Assembly (NCBI GenBank): GCA_963698415.1
Contig: CAVOQS010000008.1
Location: 197,512 to 261,511 of the forward strand
DNA length: 64,000 bases
Direction of reading: 5' to 3'
From: an uncultured Gammaproteobacteria bacterium
GTDB taxonomy: Bacteria; Pseudomonadota; Gammaproteobacteria; Steroidobacterales; Woeseiaceae
The notes under the pieces were generated by a model, which saw only the letters and a program-made list of their open reading frames with translations, was not told the DNA's origin and did no database searches. Both the position numbers and the translations under genes were made by a program. Each line of letters opens with the position of its first letter. Position 1 is the first letter of the stretch. Shown here piece by piece: positions 32,524-42,088 of this stretch.

Positions 32524-33405
32524 TCAGGGATTCTGCAGAGCCGCAATCCGGTCAGCGATCGGCGGATGGCTCATAAAGAGCTTCTTGAGCCCGGCGGCGC
32601 GACCGCCAGAGATGCCGAATGCCGCAAGTTGCTCAGGCAGTTCAGCAGGCTGCCCGCGCCCAAGGCGCTCGAGCGCCCGAATCATCGGCTGGCTGCCATT
32701 CAGGCTTGCGGAACCCGCATCGGCGCGGAATTCACGCCGGCGCGATACCCACATGACGATCGTGCTCGCCAGGATGCCGAGGACTATCTGGGCAACGATC
32801 ACGGTCGCGAAGTGGCCGATTCCATGGCCCGAGTCGTTCTTCAGGATGACCCGGTCGACGAAGTAGCCGACCACGCGCGACAGGAAGATCACGAAGGTGT
32901 TGACGACGCCCTGGACGAGCGTGAGCGTGACCATATCGCCGTTGGCAACATGCGAAATCTCGTGCGCCAGGACCGCCTCGATCTCATCGCGCGGCATGCT
33001 TTGCAGCAGGCCAGAGCTAACGGCAACCAGCGCAGCGTTCCGCCGGGCGCCCGTGGCGAATGCGTTCATGTCCGGCGACGGGTAGATAGCGACCTCGGGC
33101 ATATCGATACCCGCCTGTTGGGCCTGACGCGCAACGACGTTGAGAAGCCAGGACTCGACCTCGTTACGAGGCTGCGTGATGACCTTGGCGCCGGTGGCGC
33201 GCTTCGCCATCCACTTGGATATGGCAAGCGAGATAAATGAGCCGCCAAAACCAAAGACCGCCGAGAAGATCAGCAAGGCCTCGACGTTCAGGCCCGACCC
33301 GGTCTCTTCGAGGTAGGAATCAACGCCAAGTACGCGCAACGCGATACTCAGTACCAGGATGACGGCCACGTTGGTGGCCAGGAACAACGCAATGCGCTTA
33401 AACAT
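32524..33405 (-). CDS. htpX: Membrane zinc protease HtpX
   Basis: 293-aa ORF beginning [12 protein letters not shown], with the [11 protein letters not shown] (HExxH) motif and M48 topology. AGGAG lies 8 nt before the ATG. Confidence 0.9.
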   Translation of the reverse strand: MFKRIALFLATNVAVILVLSIALRVLGVDSYLEETGSGLNVEALLIFSAVFGFGGSFISLAISKWMAKRATGAKVITQPRNEVESWLLNVVARQAQQAGIDMPEVAIYPSPDMNAFATGARRNAALVAVSSGLLQSMPRDEIEAVLAHEISHVANGDMVTLTLVQGVVNTFVIFLSRVVGYFVDRVILKNDSGHGIGHFATVIVAQIVLGILASTIVMWVSRRREFRADAGSASLNGSQPMIRALERLGRGQPAELPEQLAAFGISGGRAAGLKKLFMSHPPIADRIAALQNP

Positions 33406-33447
33406 TCAAAAAGCTCCTGAAAGCAATAAATCCGAAACTACGGTGAG

Positions 33448-33476
33448 AATCTGGGTCCGGCTTGCCCGTTTTCAAG
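33448..33476 (-). promoter_or_regulatory. Putative sigma32-type promoter of htpX
   Basis: The minus strand reads CTTGAAAA-N13-CCCAGATT, compared with CTTGAAA-N13/14-CCCCATNT. It is about 45 nt upstream of the htpX ATG. Confidence 0.4.
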
Positions 33477-33617
33477 CCTCCGGCGCCATCCGGAAATCGC
33501 GAAAATTGTCAAATCCTGTCAATGAGAGGATGTCCGAATTGCCAGATTCCAGGGTGCGAGTATAAATGATCTGCTGGCGCCAATTCGCCAGTGTTGTACG
33601 GGAAGGAGGTGGGTTAC

Positions 33618-34106
33618 ATGTCAATCCTGCGCAAGATCGAGCCCGGTAAAAGGGCGATTGATGTAAGACGGACCACGCCTCTCACCCACAGCATGGAGGA
33701 GTTCTTCGAGGACTTCCCACCACGCCGCTGGATGGAGACGTTTGAGCCCCTTGGCTGGAAGTGGCCGGTAGGTATCGATTATGAACGGGCATTCCGTTTG
33801 GATATCGTCGACCGCGACAAGGAACTCATAGTCCGAGCCGAGCTGCCCGGCGTCGAGAAAGATGACGTCGAGGTGACGATCTCAGGTGATCGCCTGATGA
33901 TCGAAGCCGAAAGGGAGTTCGAGGAAGAAGACGAAAAGGACGACTTCTATCGGCATGAGATGGGCTACGGCAAGCTGTCAAGAACGGTTGCCCTGCCTGT
34001 TGAAGTGGATCCTGAAAAAATCCACGCCGAACTGAAGGAAGGAATCCTGACAGTCACGCTTCCTAAGATCCGGGTGGCGGAACGACACACAGTGAAAGTT
34101 GCCTGA
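33618..34106 (+). CDS. Hsp20/alpha-crystallin small heat-shock protein (IbpA-like)
   Basis: ATG 33618 follows GGAAGGAGG. Alpha-crystallin domain (DIVDRDKELIVRAELPGVEKDDVEV ... GILTVTLPK). Confidence 0.85.
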   Translation: MSILRKIEPGKRAIDVRRTTPLTHSMEEFFEDFPPRRWMETFEPLGWKWPVGIDYERAFRLDIVDRDKELIVRAELPGVEKDDVEVTISGDRLMIEAEREFEEEDEKDDFYRHEMGYGKLSRTVALPVEVDPEKIHAELKEGILTVTLPKIRVAERHTVKVA

Positions 34107-34128
34107 CGAAGTAACTGTGTTGTGAGTA

Positions 34129-34162
34129 CCGGGGCGACTAGCCATGGCCGCCCCGGTTTTTT
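34129..34162 (+). terminator. Rho-independent terminator after hsp20
   Basis: CCGGGGCG ... CGCCCCGG stem followed by TTTTTT. Confidence 0.7.
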
Positions 34163-34214
34163 ATTGGGTACCGGACACCCTATTTCCGGAAATAGGGTGT
34201 CCGGTACCTAATAA
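34161..34214. repeat. REP-like perfect palindrome, family A copy 2
   Basis: GGTACCGGACACCCTATT (34167-34184), loop TCCGGA, exact reverse complement (34191-34208). Flanks TTATT/AATAA. It overlaps the last codons and stop of msrQ. Confidence 0.8.
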
Positions 34215-34788
34215 TTCGATATCCGAGAAGGATCGCCAGTATCACCGCGTAGATCATCGGTTCGGTGATGTCCTTCTTCACCTGCCACCAGTAGTGCCAG
34301 ACTCCGAGTATGCCGATCAGGTAGACCGCATTGTGCAGCGTCTGCCAGTGGCGGCCCATGCGGCGGCGAATCCCGTTGGTCGACGTCAGGGCCAGCGCCG
34401 TGAGAAGGAGCAGCGCGGCGAACCCGATGGTGATGAACGGCCGTTTGATGATGTCCTCGAGAATGGCAGACACCAGGAACCCCTGGTCCAGAACCAGCCA
34501 CGTCAGGAAGTGCATCAACACGTAGAAGAACGCGAACAGCCCGAGCATGCGTCGAAACCGGGCCAGCCAGTTCCAGCCGGTGAGACGGCGCAGTGGGGTA
34601 ACGCTGAGCGTAACCAGTAAGAAGCGCAGTGACCAGTTGCCGAAGCGATCCATGATCGCCTCGATCGGATTGGCGCCGAGTCCTCCGGTGATCTCCAGTG
34701 CATCGGTCACGACGTGTGTGAATGGCAACAGGCAGGCCAGGAAGACCAGCGGTTTCCAGACAAACCGGATTTGCTGCAACGTGTTCAA
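34180..34788 (-). CDS. msrQ: Protein-methionine-sulfoxide reductase heme-binding subunit MsrQ
   Basis: 202-aa multi-TM ORF similar to YedZ. TTG start is 5 nt after the msrP stop. The C-terminal RYRTPYFRK is encoded inside palindrome copy 2. Confidence 0.8.
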   Translation of the reverse strand: MNTLQQIRFVWKPLVFLACLLPFTHVVTDALEITGGLGANPIEAIMDRFGNWSLRFLLVTLSVTPLRRLTGWNWLARFRRMLGLFAFFYVLMHFLTWLVLDQGFLVSAILEDIIKRPFITIGFAALLLLTALALTSTNGIRRRMGRHWQTLHNAVYLIGILGVWHYWWQVKKDITEPMIYAVILAILLGYRIIRYRTPYFRK

Positions 34789-34793
34789 GGGGC

Positions 34794-35753
34794 TTAGAAG
34801 TTGCGCCTTAAATCCAGGCCTTCATAGAGATGCGCCACCTCGTCACCGTAGCCGTTAAACATCAGGGTTGCCTGCTTGCTCGCGAACGCGCCTGCGCCAA
34901 TGCGGCGTTCCCGCGCCTGGCTCCAGCGAGGATGACTGACGTCCGGGTTCACATTGGCATAAAAACCGTATTCGCGTGGCTGGGACATATTCCAGCTCGT
35001 CTTTGGCATGCTCTCGGTGAAACGAATCGTCACGATGCTCTTGATGCCTTTGAAGCCGTATTTCCAGGGCACCACCAGCCTGATCGGCGCGCCGTTCTGG
35101 TTGGGCAGGACTTCGCCATAAAGTCCCACCGCGAGAATGGGCAGCGGATTGGTTGCCTCGGCTATCGTCAGACCTTCCCGGTAGGGCCATTCGAGCACGC
35201 GACGACGTACGCCGGGCATTTGCTCCGGATCGTTAAGCGTTTCAAAGGCCACGAATTTCGCTTTCGAGGTCGGTTGCAGGTGCTTCACGACCTGCGCGAG
35301 GGAGATGCCTACCCACGGGATGACCATCGACCACGCTTCGACGCAACGCATGCGATAAATACGTTCCTCAAGGTCGAAGGGCCGGACGAAATCGTCGAGA
35401 TCGAATGTGCCGGTCTTCTCCGCGTGACCCTCCACGCGAATCGTCCAGGGCCTTGGTTCAAAGTCCCGTGCGTACACGACCGGGTCCGCCTTGCCAGTGC
35501 CGAACTCGTAGTAGTTATTGTAGGTCGTGATGTCATCGTAGCTATTCGGCGCCTCGTCTGTGCTGAACGCACTGCTGCGGACATCCTTCAGCTTGGCGAG
35601 TTGCCCCTCCGGGATAACAGCAGCCAGTGTGGATGAGGCGAGCAGGGAGCCACCGGCGATCGCGCCCGCGCGGATGAACTCGCGGCGGTTGAGGTAGTTG
35701 GCGTGGCTCGTGATCTCGGACGGGCGAATATCGGACGGTTTCTTGATTAGCAC
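34794..35753 (-). CDS. msrP: Protein-methionine-sulfoxide reductase catalytic subunit MsrP
   Basis: 319-aa ORF with a Tat signal (RREFIRAGAIAGG) and a YedY-type molybdopterin domain. GTG start is 7 nt after AGGAGG. Confidence 0.9.
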   Translation of the reverse strand: MLIKKPSDIRPSEITSHANYLNRREFIRAGAIAGGSLLASSTLAAVIPEGQLAKLKDVRSSAFSTDEAPNSYDDITTYNNYYEFGTGKADPVVYARDFEPRPWTIRVEGHAEKTGTFDLDDFVRPFDLEERIYRMRCVEAWSMVIPWVGISLAQVVKHLQPTSKAKFVAFETLNDPEQMPGVRRRVLEWPYREGLTIAEATNPLPILAVGLYGEVLPNQNGAPIRLVVPWKYGFKGIKSIVTIRFTESMPKTSWNMSQPREYGFYANVNPDVSHPRWSQARERRIGAGAFASKQATLMFNGYGDEVAHLYEGLDLRRNF

Positions 35754-35813
35754 AGACGGCCTCCTGTTACCTGTAGCCTATACAGACCGGCAACTCGACT
35801 ACAATATTGCACG

Positions 35814-36269
35814 ATGATGAATATTGCCCGAATCCTGCCCTGGTATTACGCCGCGACTGCCGTCTTCCTGGCGCTCGACTACGGGCTGGGCATCAACGTC
35901 CGCGTCGCGTTTCTCGATGCGTTCCCGGCCGGTCGCGCGGCTTACTACGGCATCTGTTTCAGCTGCCTGGCGCTGATGGTGTGGCGACCCGGCTGGGCCG
36001 TCCTCATCGGTACATTCGAGTCGCTCGTGACGCTGGTCGCCCTGATCCTGAGCATGGCCCTGCGCGTAATGGTGCCAAATGACGCGATCTTCGAGGAAAA
36101 TGCAGCATTCGTGAACGTTCAGGAGATTGTTAACTTCGTTATCTCCGGCAGCGTGGCTTACCTCGCCTGGTTAAGGGGCCTGCAAACGCTTAAAAACGGT
36201 AGTTCCTGTTCAGTTTCGGTTCAAGCGGCCCTGGCTAAGCTTGATATCAGGCGGCGGGACCCTATGTAA
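35814..36269 (+). CDS. Hypothetical membrane protein
   Basis: 151-aa ORF with about 4 predicted TM helices. No family recognised. Confidence 0.4.
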   Translation: MMNIARILPWYYAATAVFLALDYGLGINVRVAFLDAFPAGRAAYYGICFSCLALMVWRPGWAVLIGTFESLVTLVALILSMALRVMVPNDAIFEENAAFVNVQEIVNFVISGSVAYLAWLRGLQTLKNGSSCSVSVQAALAKLDIRRRDPM

Positions 36270-36294
36270 CGGGCTAATGAGGAGGATCGGACAC

Positions 36295-37017
36295 ATGGGC
36301 GAATTATTTTCCAATATCGTTCACAGCGATGACCGGGTTACCCCGACGGCAGCACTGCATGTCGAGGTGATCGCGGATTTCGTGTGCCCGTTCTGTTTTA
36401 TTGGCAAGCGCCGTCTCGATGAGGCACTCAAGGCAGTTGAGGGTCCGTCCGAGGTCAGCTGGTATCCATTTCAGTTGAATCCGGATATGCCGCCTGAGGG
36501 CCTGCCGTTCGATGTGTACATCAAGAACCGCTTTGGCAGCCCCGCCAATATCGAGCCCGTGCTCGAGCACCTTGCTGAAGAGGGTCAGACGTCCGGCATT
36601 CGGTTCCGCTTTGACCGGATACGCCACGTACCGAACACGATCCCTGTGCACCAACTCATGCAACTGGCAGAGACACTGGGTGTGGATCAATCAGCGCTGG
36701 CCGAGGACCTCATGTCTGCATTCTTCGAGGAAGGGCGCAACATCGGCGAACGCGGCGTGTTGATCGATGTGGCCGAGCCCCATGGCATTTCGGCAACAGA
36801 AGCGGGCAAGGCCGTCGTCAACGACCAGCTTCGCCAGATGGTTCTGTCGCGTGAAAACCAGGTTCGCGCCAGTGGCTTGTTGGGCGCGCCCGGGTTTCTT
36901 ATCAATCGCCGCCTGCTGGTTGTAGGGGCGCAGTCGACGGACAATATTGTCAATGCCTTCGATCGGGCGATGTTTGGCGAGGGAACGGACTCGCTGGTAT
37001 CACCGGCGCTGCATTAG
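36295..37017 (+). CDS. DsbA-family oxidoreductase (FrnE / HCCA-isomerase-like)
   Basis: ATG 36295 follows GAGGAGGA. Active-site motif VIADFVCPFCFIGKRR. Confidence 0.75.
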   Translation: MGELFSNIVHSDDRVTPTAALHVEVIADFVCPFCFIGKRRLDEALKAVEGPSEVSWYPFQLNPDMPPEGLPFDVYIKNRFGSPANIEPVLEHLAEEGQTSGIRFRFDRIRHVPNTIPVHQLMQLAETLGVDQSALAEDLMSAFFEEGRNIGERGVLIDVAEPHGISATEAGKAVVNDQLRQMVLSRENQVRASGLLGAPGFLINRRLLVVGAQSTDNIVNAFDRAMFGEGTDSLVSPALH

Positions 37018-37944
37018 CCACTCGATCATCAGGCGATTTACCTCGTCCGGTTTCTCCTGCTGCGTCCAGTGCCCACAGTCGTCCAGCATGTGCACAGCGA
37101 GGTCGTTGACGAGCGCCTTCATTCCCTCGATGTACTGCGGGTCGATCAACACGTCGTTCACAGCGCCGATGAACAGCGTCGGAATGTTTACTTGCTGACT
37201 GACACCCTGCAATTGCTCCCAGTTGTGCGTCCAGTTGCGATACCAGTTGATCGGACCGCCTAGCCCGGATCGCGCGAAAGCGTCGGCGTAGTAATCGAGC
37301 TCGTCGTCACTGAGCAAGGCATCGCCACTTGCGTGTGGGTCCCGGACGATCTTGAGCAGACTGACGATCCGGTACTCGAGCGGGAGTTTCTCGAATTCCT
37401 CGCGCGTGACCTGGTTCTTGCGCATCAGGCGATTGATGAAGTGCCGCGTATCCGCAGTAAAGACACGATCGGCTTCGTCGGAATCCTGGAAGTTCACGAT
37501 GTAGAAATCGTCGCCGAAACGCTCGCGCATGAGCCCAATCGGGTCCACCGGAAACCGTGGATACAGCGGAATATTCAGAATGACCAGCTTGTCGATGCGC
37601 TGTGGCGCCAGCATCGCCATTTGCCACAGCAAAAGGGCGCCCCAGTCATGGCCAACGAAGACCGCAGACTCGAGTTCCAGCGCGTCGAGCAAGCCATGGA
37701 TGTCTGCGATAAGTTCGCTTGCCCGGTAATCGGCAACGTTTGGCGGGGCGGTAGTTCGGCCATAGCCTCGCTGATCGGGTGCAATTGCCCGGAAGCCCGC
37801 GTCGGCCAGGGCCGGTAGCTGGTGTCGCCAGGAAAAAGCGAGCTCGGGAAAACCGTGCAGGAGGATGACCGGCGGCCCTTCCCCCTGCTCGTAGACGGCC
37901 ATTTCAAGGCCGTTTGTCGCGACTGTCCGGGGCGCAGGAAACAT
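37000..37944 (-). CDS. Alpha/beta hydrolase (epoxide-hydrolase-like)
   Basis: Start chosen at MFPAPRT. Motifs PVILLHGFPELAFSWRHQ and VGHDWGA (nucleophile elbow). The 3' end overlaps the convergent DsbA-like gene by 18 nt. Confidence 0.75.
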   Translation of the reverse strand: MFPAPRTVATNGLEMAVYEQGEGPPVILLHGFPELAFSWRHQLPALADAGFRAIAPDQRGYGRTTAPPNVADYRASELIADIHGLLDALELESAVFVGHDWGALLLWQMAMLAPQRIDKLVILNIPLYPRFPVDPIGLMRERFGDDFYIVNFQDSDEADRVFTADTRHFINRLMRKNQVTREEFEKLPLEYRIVSLLKIVRDPHASGDALLSDDELDYYADAFARSGLGGPINWYRNWTHNWEQLQGVSQQVNIPTLFIGAVNDVLIDPQYIEGMKALVNDLAVHMLDDCGHWTQQEKPDEVNRLMIEWLMQRR

Positions 37945-38014
37945 GCGGGCATTTGACAGCAAAAGCCTGCAAACCGCAAAGTGGCCCGATCCGACAGAGA
38001 AGCGGAGACAGGCG

Positions 38015-39370
38015 ATGGTCCAGCGACTGATCAAGGCGCTGATTCGCACGATCACGAACACGTTCTTCCGCAACGTCGATGTTGTCGGCCTGGAAAACGT
38101 GCCCGTCGAAGGCCCGGTCATATTTGCAGGCAATCACCCCAACGCGCTGATGGACGGTTGGCTGCTGACGGCACGCTGCGGTCGATGGCCGCTCCACTTT
38201 ATGGGCAACGCCAAGCTCTGGCGCTACCCATTGCTGGGAAGGGCACTGGACGCGATGGGGGCAGTGCCGGTCTACCCGAGGTCCGAGTACGGCGATACGG
38301 CGAATAACCAGGCGGCATTCGAAACGCTCTACGAAGTCATCGAGTCCGGCAACTGCATGGGCGTGTTTCCCGAGGGTATCAGCCATGCGGAATCCCAACT
38401 CACGGCGCTGAAGACCGGCACCGCGCGCATCGCGCTGGAGGTCTCGGCTCGCGGTAAGGCAAATGTCGTCATCGTCCCGTCCGGTCTGAACTACATCAAT
38501 CGACACCGGTTTCGCAGCCAGGTGCTTATCGAATTTGGCGAGCCAATCGTTATCGATGATGAGTGGGTCCGGCGATTCCACGACGACCAGGCAACAGCTG
38601 TGCAAGATCTCACCGACGAACTTGCACAAGCACTTGTCGGGGTAACCCTGAATGCGCCCGACTGGCGGACGCTGCGTTTTGCACAGGCGGCGAGACGCCT
38701 GTACAAACCGACCACTACTCGCCTGACGCCGAAACAATACATCGAGCTCAACAAGCGATTCGTCGATCGCTACCTTAAATTACAGGACGACCCCGAATTG
38801 CTCGCCTTTCGCGACGATGTCGAAGAATACGAGGCGCACCTGCAACTCCTGGGACTCAAAGACCACCAGTTACGCAAGCCAGTCAAACTCGGACCCGCGT
38901 TTCGTCGTATCCTGTGGCGGGGCCTGCGCATGTTGATTCTGTTGCCGCTCGCCATACCGGGCGCGATCCTGCACCTGCCGGTTGGCTGGATTGCGGCTTC
39001 GGTCGGTGAGCGGTTCAGCTATGAAATGGACGATGTCGCGACGCTCAAGGTGTTTGCCACCATCGCCTTGCTGCCGCTCATCTACGTGCTGATCGGGTTT
39101 TGGGTCGGCAGTAAGTTCGGGTGGCCCTGGGGCGTTGCCACGGTTGCTGGTCTGACAGTCAGCTTTTCTGCGACTATTGCACTGCTCGAAGCCGAAGCAG
39201 GCCTGTATTGGTCGGCGATGTCGCTATTCAAGTTGGCGAGGCTCCGCGAAGAGGTGGCAGAACTCAGGGACCAGCGCACGTTGCTGGTGACCAAGGTAAG
39301 GGACCTGGCGAACAGGTTGTCCGACCCGGATGTACCGCGAATATTTACTGACGAGGACTTTTCTTCATGA
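38015..39370 (+). CDS. Lysophospholipid/glycerol-phosphate acyltransferase family protein with C-terminal TM region
   Basis: Start chosen at MVQRLIK (GGAG upstream). Acyltransferase block GNHPNALMDG and FPEG motif, then C-terminal hydrophobic helices. Confidence 0.65.
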   Translation: MVQRLIKALIRTITNTFFRNVDVVGLENVPVEGPVIFAGNHPNALMDGWLLTARCGRWPLHFMGNAKLWRYPLLGRALDAMGAVPVYPRSEYGDTANNQAAFETLYEVIESGNCMGVFPEGISHAESQLTALKTGTARIALEVSARGKANVVIVPSGLNYINRHRFRSQVLIEFGEPIVIDDEWVRRFHDDQATAVQDLTDELAQALVGVTLNAPDWRTLRFAQAARRLYKPTTTRLTPKQYIELNKRFVDRYLKLQDDPELLAFRDDVEEYEAHLQLLGLKDHQLRKPVKLGPAFRRILWRGLRMLILLPLAIPGAILHLPVGWIAASVGERFSYEMDDVATLKVFATIALLPLIYVLIGFWVGSKFGWPWGVATVAGLTVSFSATIALLEAEAGLYWSAMSLFKLARLREEVAELRDQRTLLVTKVRDLANRLSDPDVPRIFTDEDFSS

Positions 39371-41100
39371 TGACGATTCTGAAACGTACGGCGCTTCTTC
39401 TTTTCGCGGTGGTCGCGTCTGGATGTTCGCAGGGCCCGGCTCCGGAAAACTACGATGTAATCATTCGCGGTGGCAGCGTCTACGACGGGTCGGGTGTTGC
39501 GCCGATGCAGGCCGACGTTGCGATCAATGGCGATCGGATTGCGAAAATCGGTGACTTGTCCGCAGCAACGGCTACCCGGGAAATCGATGCCACTGGTAAG
39601 GCTGTGTCTCCCGGGTTTATCAACATGCTGTCCTGGGCGACAGAATCGCTGATCATCGATGGCCGCGGCATGAGCGATATCAAGCAGGGTGTCACGCTCG
39701 AGGTCATGGGCGAAGGCTGGTCCATGGGGCCTCTGAATGATGCACTCAAAGCGTTGGCCTCTGCCCAGCAACGCGAGTTCAAGTACGAGCTCGAGTGGAC
39801 GACACTGGGTGAATACCTGGCATTCCTCGAGAATCGCGGCATCTCTCCCAATGTTGCATCCTACGTAGGCGCTACGACGCTGCGCATCTACGAAATCGGC
39901 TTCGACAATGTGCCAGCCACCGATGAGCAGCTTGCTCGCATGCAGGAGCACGTTCGCGTTGCCATGCGAGAGGGGGCGATCGGTGTCGGATCGTCACTGA
40001 TCTATGCGCCTGCAAACTTTGCCAGCACCGAAGAACTGATCGCGCTTGTCGGAGCGGCTGCGGAGTATGGCGGTCGCTATATTTCCCACATCCGCTCAGA
40101 AGGCAACCGTCTGGAAGAGAGTGTCGAGGAATTAATCGAAATCGCCAGAGCGACGGGAGCGCCGGCAGAGATCTACCACTTGAAGGCCGGTGGCCGGGAC
40201 AACTGGCACAAGCTGGATAATGTGTTCGCGATGGTTGAGCAAGCGCGCGCTGACGGGCTCGCGATTACAGCGGACATGTACACCTATACCGCCGGTGCGA
40301 CCGGACTGGATGCGGCGATGCCGCTGTGGGTGCAGGAAGGTGGCGACGAGGCGTGGTTCGCGCGGCTTGAGGATCCGGCGATCCGCGAGAAAGTGCTCGC
40401 GGAAATGCTTGAGGACCAGTCGGAGTGGGAGAATCTTTTCTACCACGCAGGACCTGACGGGGTCATGTTCATCGGCTTCCGTAATCCAGAGCTGCGCCAC
40501 CTGACCGGCAAGACGCTCGCAGAAGTCGCCGACATGTGGGAGGTCACACCGGCCGAGGCGGCGATTGACCTGGTTATCAAGGACCGCAGCCGCGTCGATA
40601 CCGTGTACTTCCTGATGTCCGAAGAGAACGTTGCGAAGAAAGTGGCCAAGCCGTGGGTCAGTTTCGGCTCCGATGCGGAAGCGTCGGCGCCGGAAGGCGT
40701 ATTTCTCAACTCGAGCACGCATCCACGCGCCTACGGAACATTTGCCAGGGTTCTTGGCAAGTACGCACGCGACGACGGCGTGATTACCCTGGAGGAGGCG
40801 ATTCGGAAAATGACGTCGCTGCCGGCAGCAAATATCGGCATCCGTGAGCGCGGCAGCCTGACCGAGGGTTACTTTGCCGATGTCGTGGTGTTCGACCCGG
40901 CGACTGTGCGCGATCATGCGACCTTTGAAGAGCCACTGCAGTACGCCACGGGCGTGGAGCACGTGTTCGTCAACGGCGAGCAGGTATTGAAGGACGGTGA
41001 GCATACCGGGGCAACGCCGGGCCGTGTTGTTCGCGGACCCGGTTGGACCGGGTGGGAAGAACAGGAGGCGAAAGAAGCTGTGAGCAAGCGGGAGCAGTGA
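39367..41100 (+). CDS. N-acyl-D-amino-acid deacylase (D-aminoacylase) family amidohydrolase, lipoprotein
   Basis: 577-aa ORF with lipobox LFAVVASGC and the D-aminoacylase-type opening YDVIIRGGSVYDGSG. ATGA-coupled to the upstream gene. Confidence 0.8.
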   Translation: MMTILKRTALLLFAVVASGCSQGPAPENYDVIIRGGSVYDGSGVAPMQADVAINGDRIAKIGDLSAATATREIDATGKAVSPGFINMLSWATESLIIDGRGMSDIKQGVTLEVMGEGWSMGPLNDALKALASAQQREFKYELEWTTLGEYLAFLENRGISPNVASYVGATTLRIYEIGFDNVPATDEQLARMQEHVRVAMREGAIGVGSSLIYAPANFASTEELIALVGAAAEYGGRYISHIRSEGNRLEESVEELIEIARATGAPAEIYHLKAGGRDNWHKLDNVFAMVEQARADGLAITADMYTYTAGATGLDAAMPLWVQEGGDEAWFARLEDPAIREKVLAEMLEDQSEWENLFYHAGPDGVMFIGFRNPELRHLTGKTLAEVADMWEVTPAEAAIDLVIKDRSRVDTVYFLMSEENVAKKVAKPWVSFGSDAEASAPEGVFLNSSTHPRAYGTFARVLGKYARDDGVITLEEAIRKMTSLPAANIGIRERGSLTEGYFADVVVFDPATVRDHATFEEPLQYATGVEHVFVNGEQVLKDGEHTGATPGRVVRGPGWTGWEEQEAKEAVSKREQ

Positions 41101-41639
41101 AAACCTGGGTCGCGCTGCTCCGCGGGATCAACGTCGGTGGGCGCAACAGCCTGCCGATGAGAAGCTTGTCGCAGATACTTGGGTCAGCTGGTTGCGAGCA
41201 GGTGAAGACCTACATTCAGAGCGGTAATGTCGTATTCAAAGGGGAGGTGAAGTCTGCTGCCCGGTTCAGCGAGGAGATCGGCCGGGAAATCGAAAAGGAA
41301 CACGGTTTTTGTCCTGCTGTGCAACTGATTGGTGCCGATGAACTGGGGCAGGCGATTGTGTCCAACCCCTACCCGCAAGCCACGCTCGAGCCGCAGACGC
41401 TGCACCTGTTCTTTCTCGAATGCCCGCCCCAGGAAGACCGGGTCAGCGCTGCGCAAGCGCTTCTGTCGGAGACCGAGTCTTTCACGGTCCTCGGGAATCT
41501 TCTCTATCTGCACGCGCCGGATGGCATCGGCCGATCGAAGTTTGCCGGCGGAATCGAACGAGTATTGCGGGTGAAGATGACCGGGCGCAACTGGCGCACG
41601 ATTGGGAAGCTTGGGGAATTGGCCAGTTCAATCGAGTGA
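41097..41639 (+). CDS. DUF1697 family protein
   Basis: GTG 41097 overlaps the preceding stop (GTGA). N-terminus KTWVALLRGINVGGRNSLPM is the DUF1697 signature. Confidence 0.7.
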   Translation: MKTWVALLRGINVGGRNSLPMRSLSQILGSAGCEQVKTYIQSGNVVFKGEVKSAARFSEEIGREIEKEHGFCPAVQLIGADELGQAIVSNPYPQATLEPQTLHLFFLECPPQEDRVSAAQALLSETESFTVLGNLLYLHAPDGIGRSKFAGGIERVLRVKMTGRNWRTIGKLGELASSIE

Positions 41640-41694
41640 CTGCTCGTCGACCATACCGGGGCTACATCCGACGACAACAACAAAGGCAGTGCAA

Positions 41695-42081
41695 ATGACC
41701 AACAAAGAAATTATCCAAGGCCTGTACCAGAGTTTTGCGAGCGGCGACGTACCCGCCGTTCTTGCGAAGTTCAACGACGACATCGCGTGGACCGAGTCGG
41801 ATGGCTTCCCACTCGCAGGCACTTACGTCGGTCCCCAGGCAGTTCTCGAGGGCGTCTTCATGCGTCTCGGCGAGTTCAGCGACAACTGGGCGGTTGTCGT
41901 TGACCGACTTATCGCCGATGGCGACACGGTCGTCGCGGATGGCAAGTACACCTGGAACCACAAGGAAACCGGCGAGTCTTGCGAAGTGAGGATGGCGCAC
42001 GTCTGGACGCTGGTTGACGGCAAAGCTACCGCTTTCCTGCAGCACGTCGACTCCGCAACGGTTCGCGAGCTCATCAGGTAG
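41695..42081 (+). CDS. SnoaL-like / NTF2-fold protein
   Basis: 128-aa ORF from ATG 41695 (MTNKEIIQGLYQSFASGDVPAVLAKFNDDIAWTE), typical of the ketosteroid-isomerase-like fold. Confidence 0.65.
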   Translation: MTNKEIIQGLYQSFASGDVPAVLAKFNDDIAWTESDGFPLAGTYVGPQAVLEGVFMRLGEFSDNWAVVVDRLIADGDTVVADGKYTWNHKETGESCEVRMAHVWTLVDGKATAFLQHVDSATVRELIR

Positions 42082-42088
42082 CTATTCG

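Noticed and set aside
33550-33620. ROSE-type RNA thermometer in the hsp20 5' UTR
   Set aside because: I found a small hairpin (CTGGCG-ccaatt-CGCCAG) but no U(U/C)GCU-type segment able to pair with and mask the GGAAGGAGG Shine-Dalgarno. Not supportable by eye.
37942-37945. Head-to-head overlapping start codons (CATG) of the hydrolase and the acyltransferase
   Set aside because: The acyltransferase more plausibly starts at ATG 38015 (GGAG upstream, conserved sequence begins there). The overlap is probably an ORF-caller extension.
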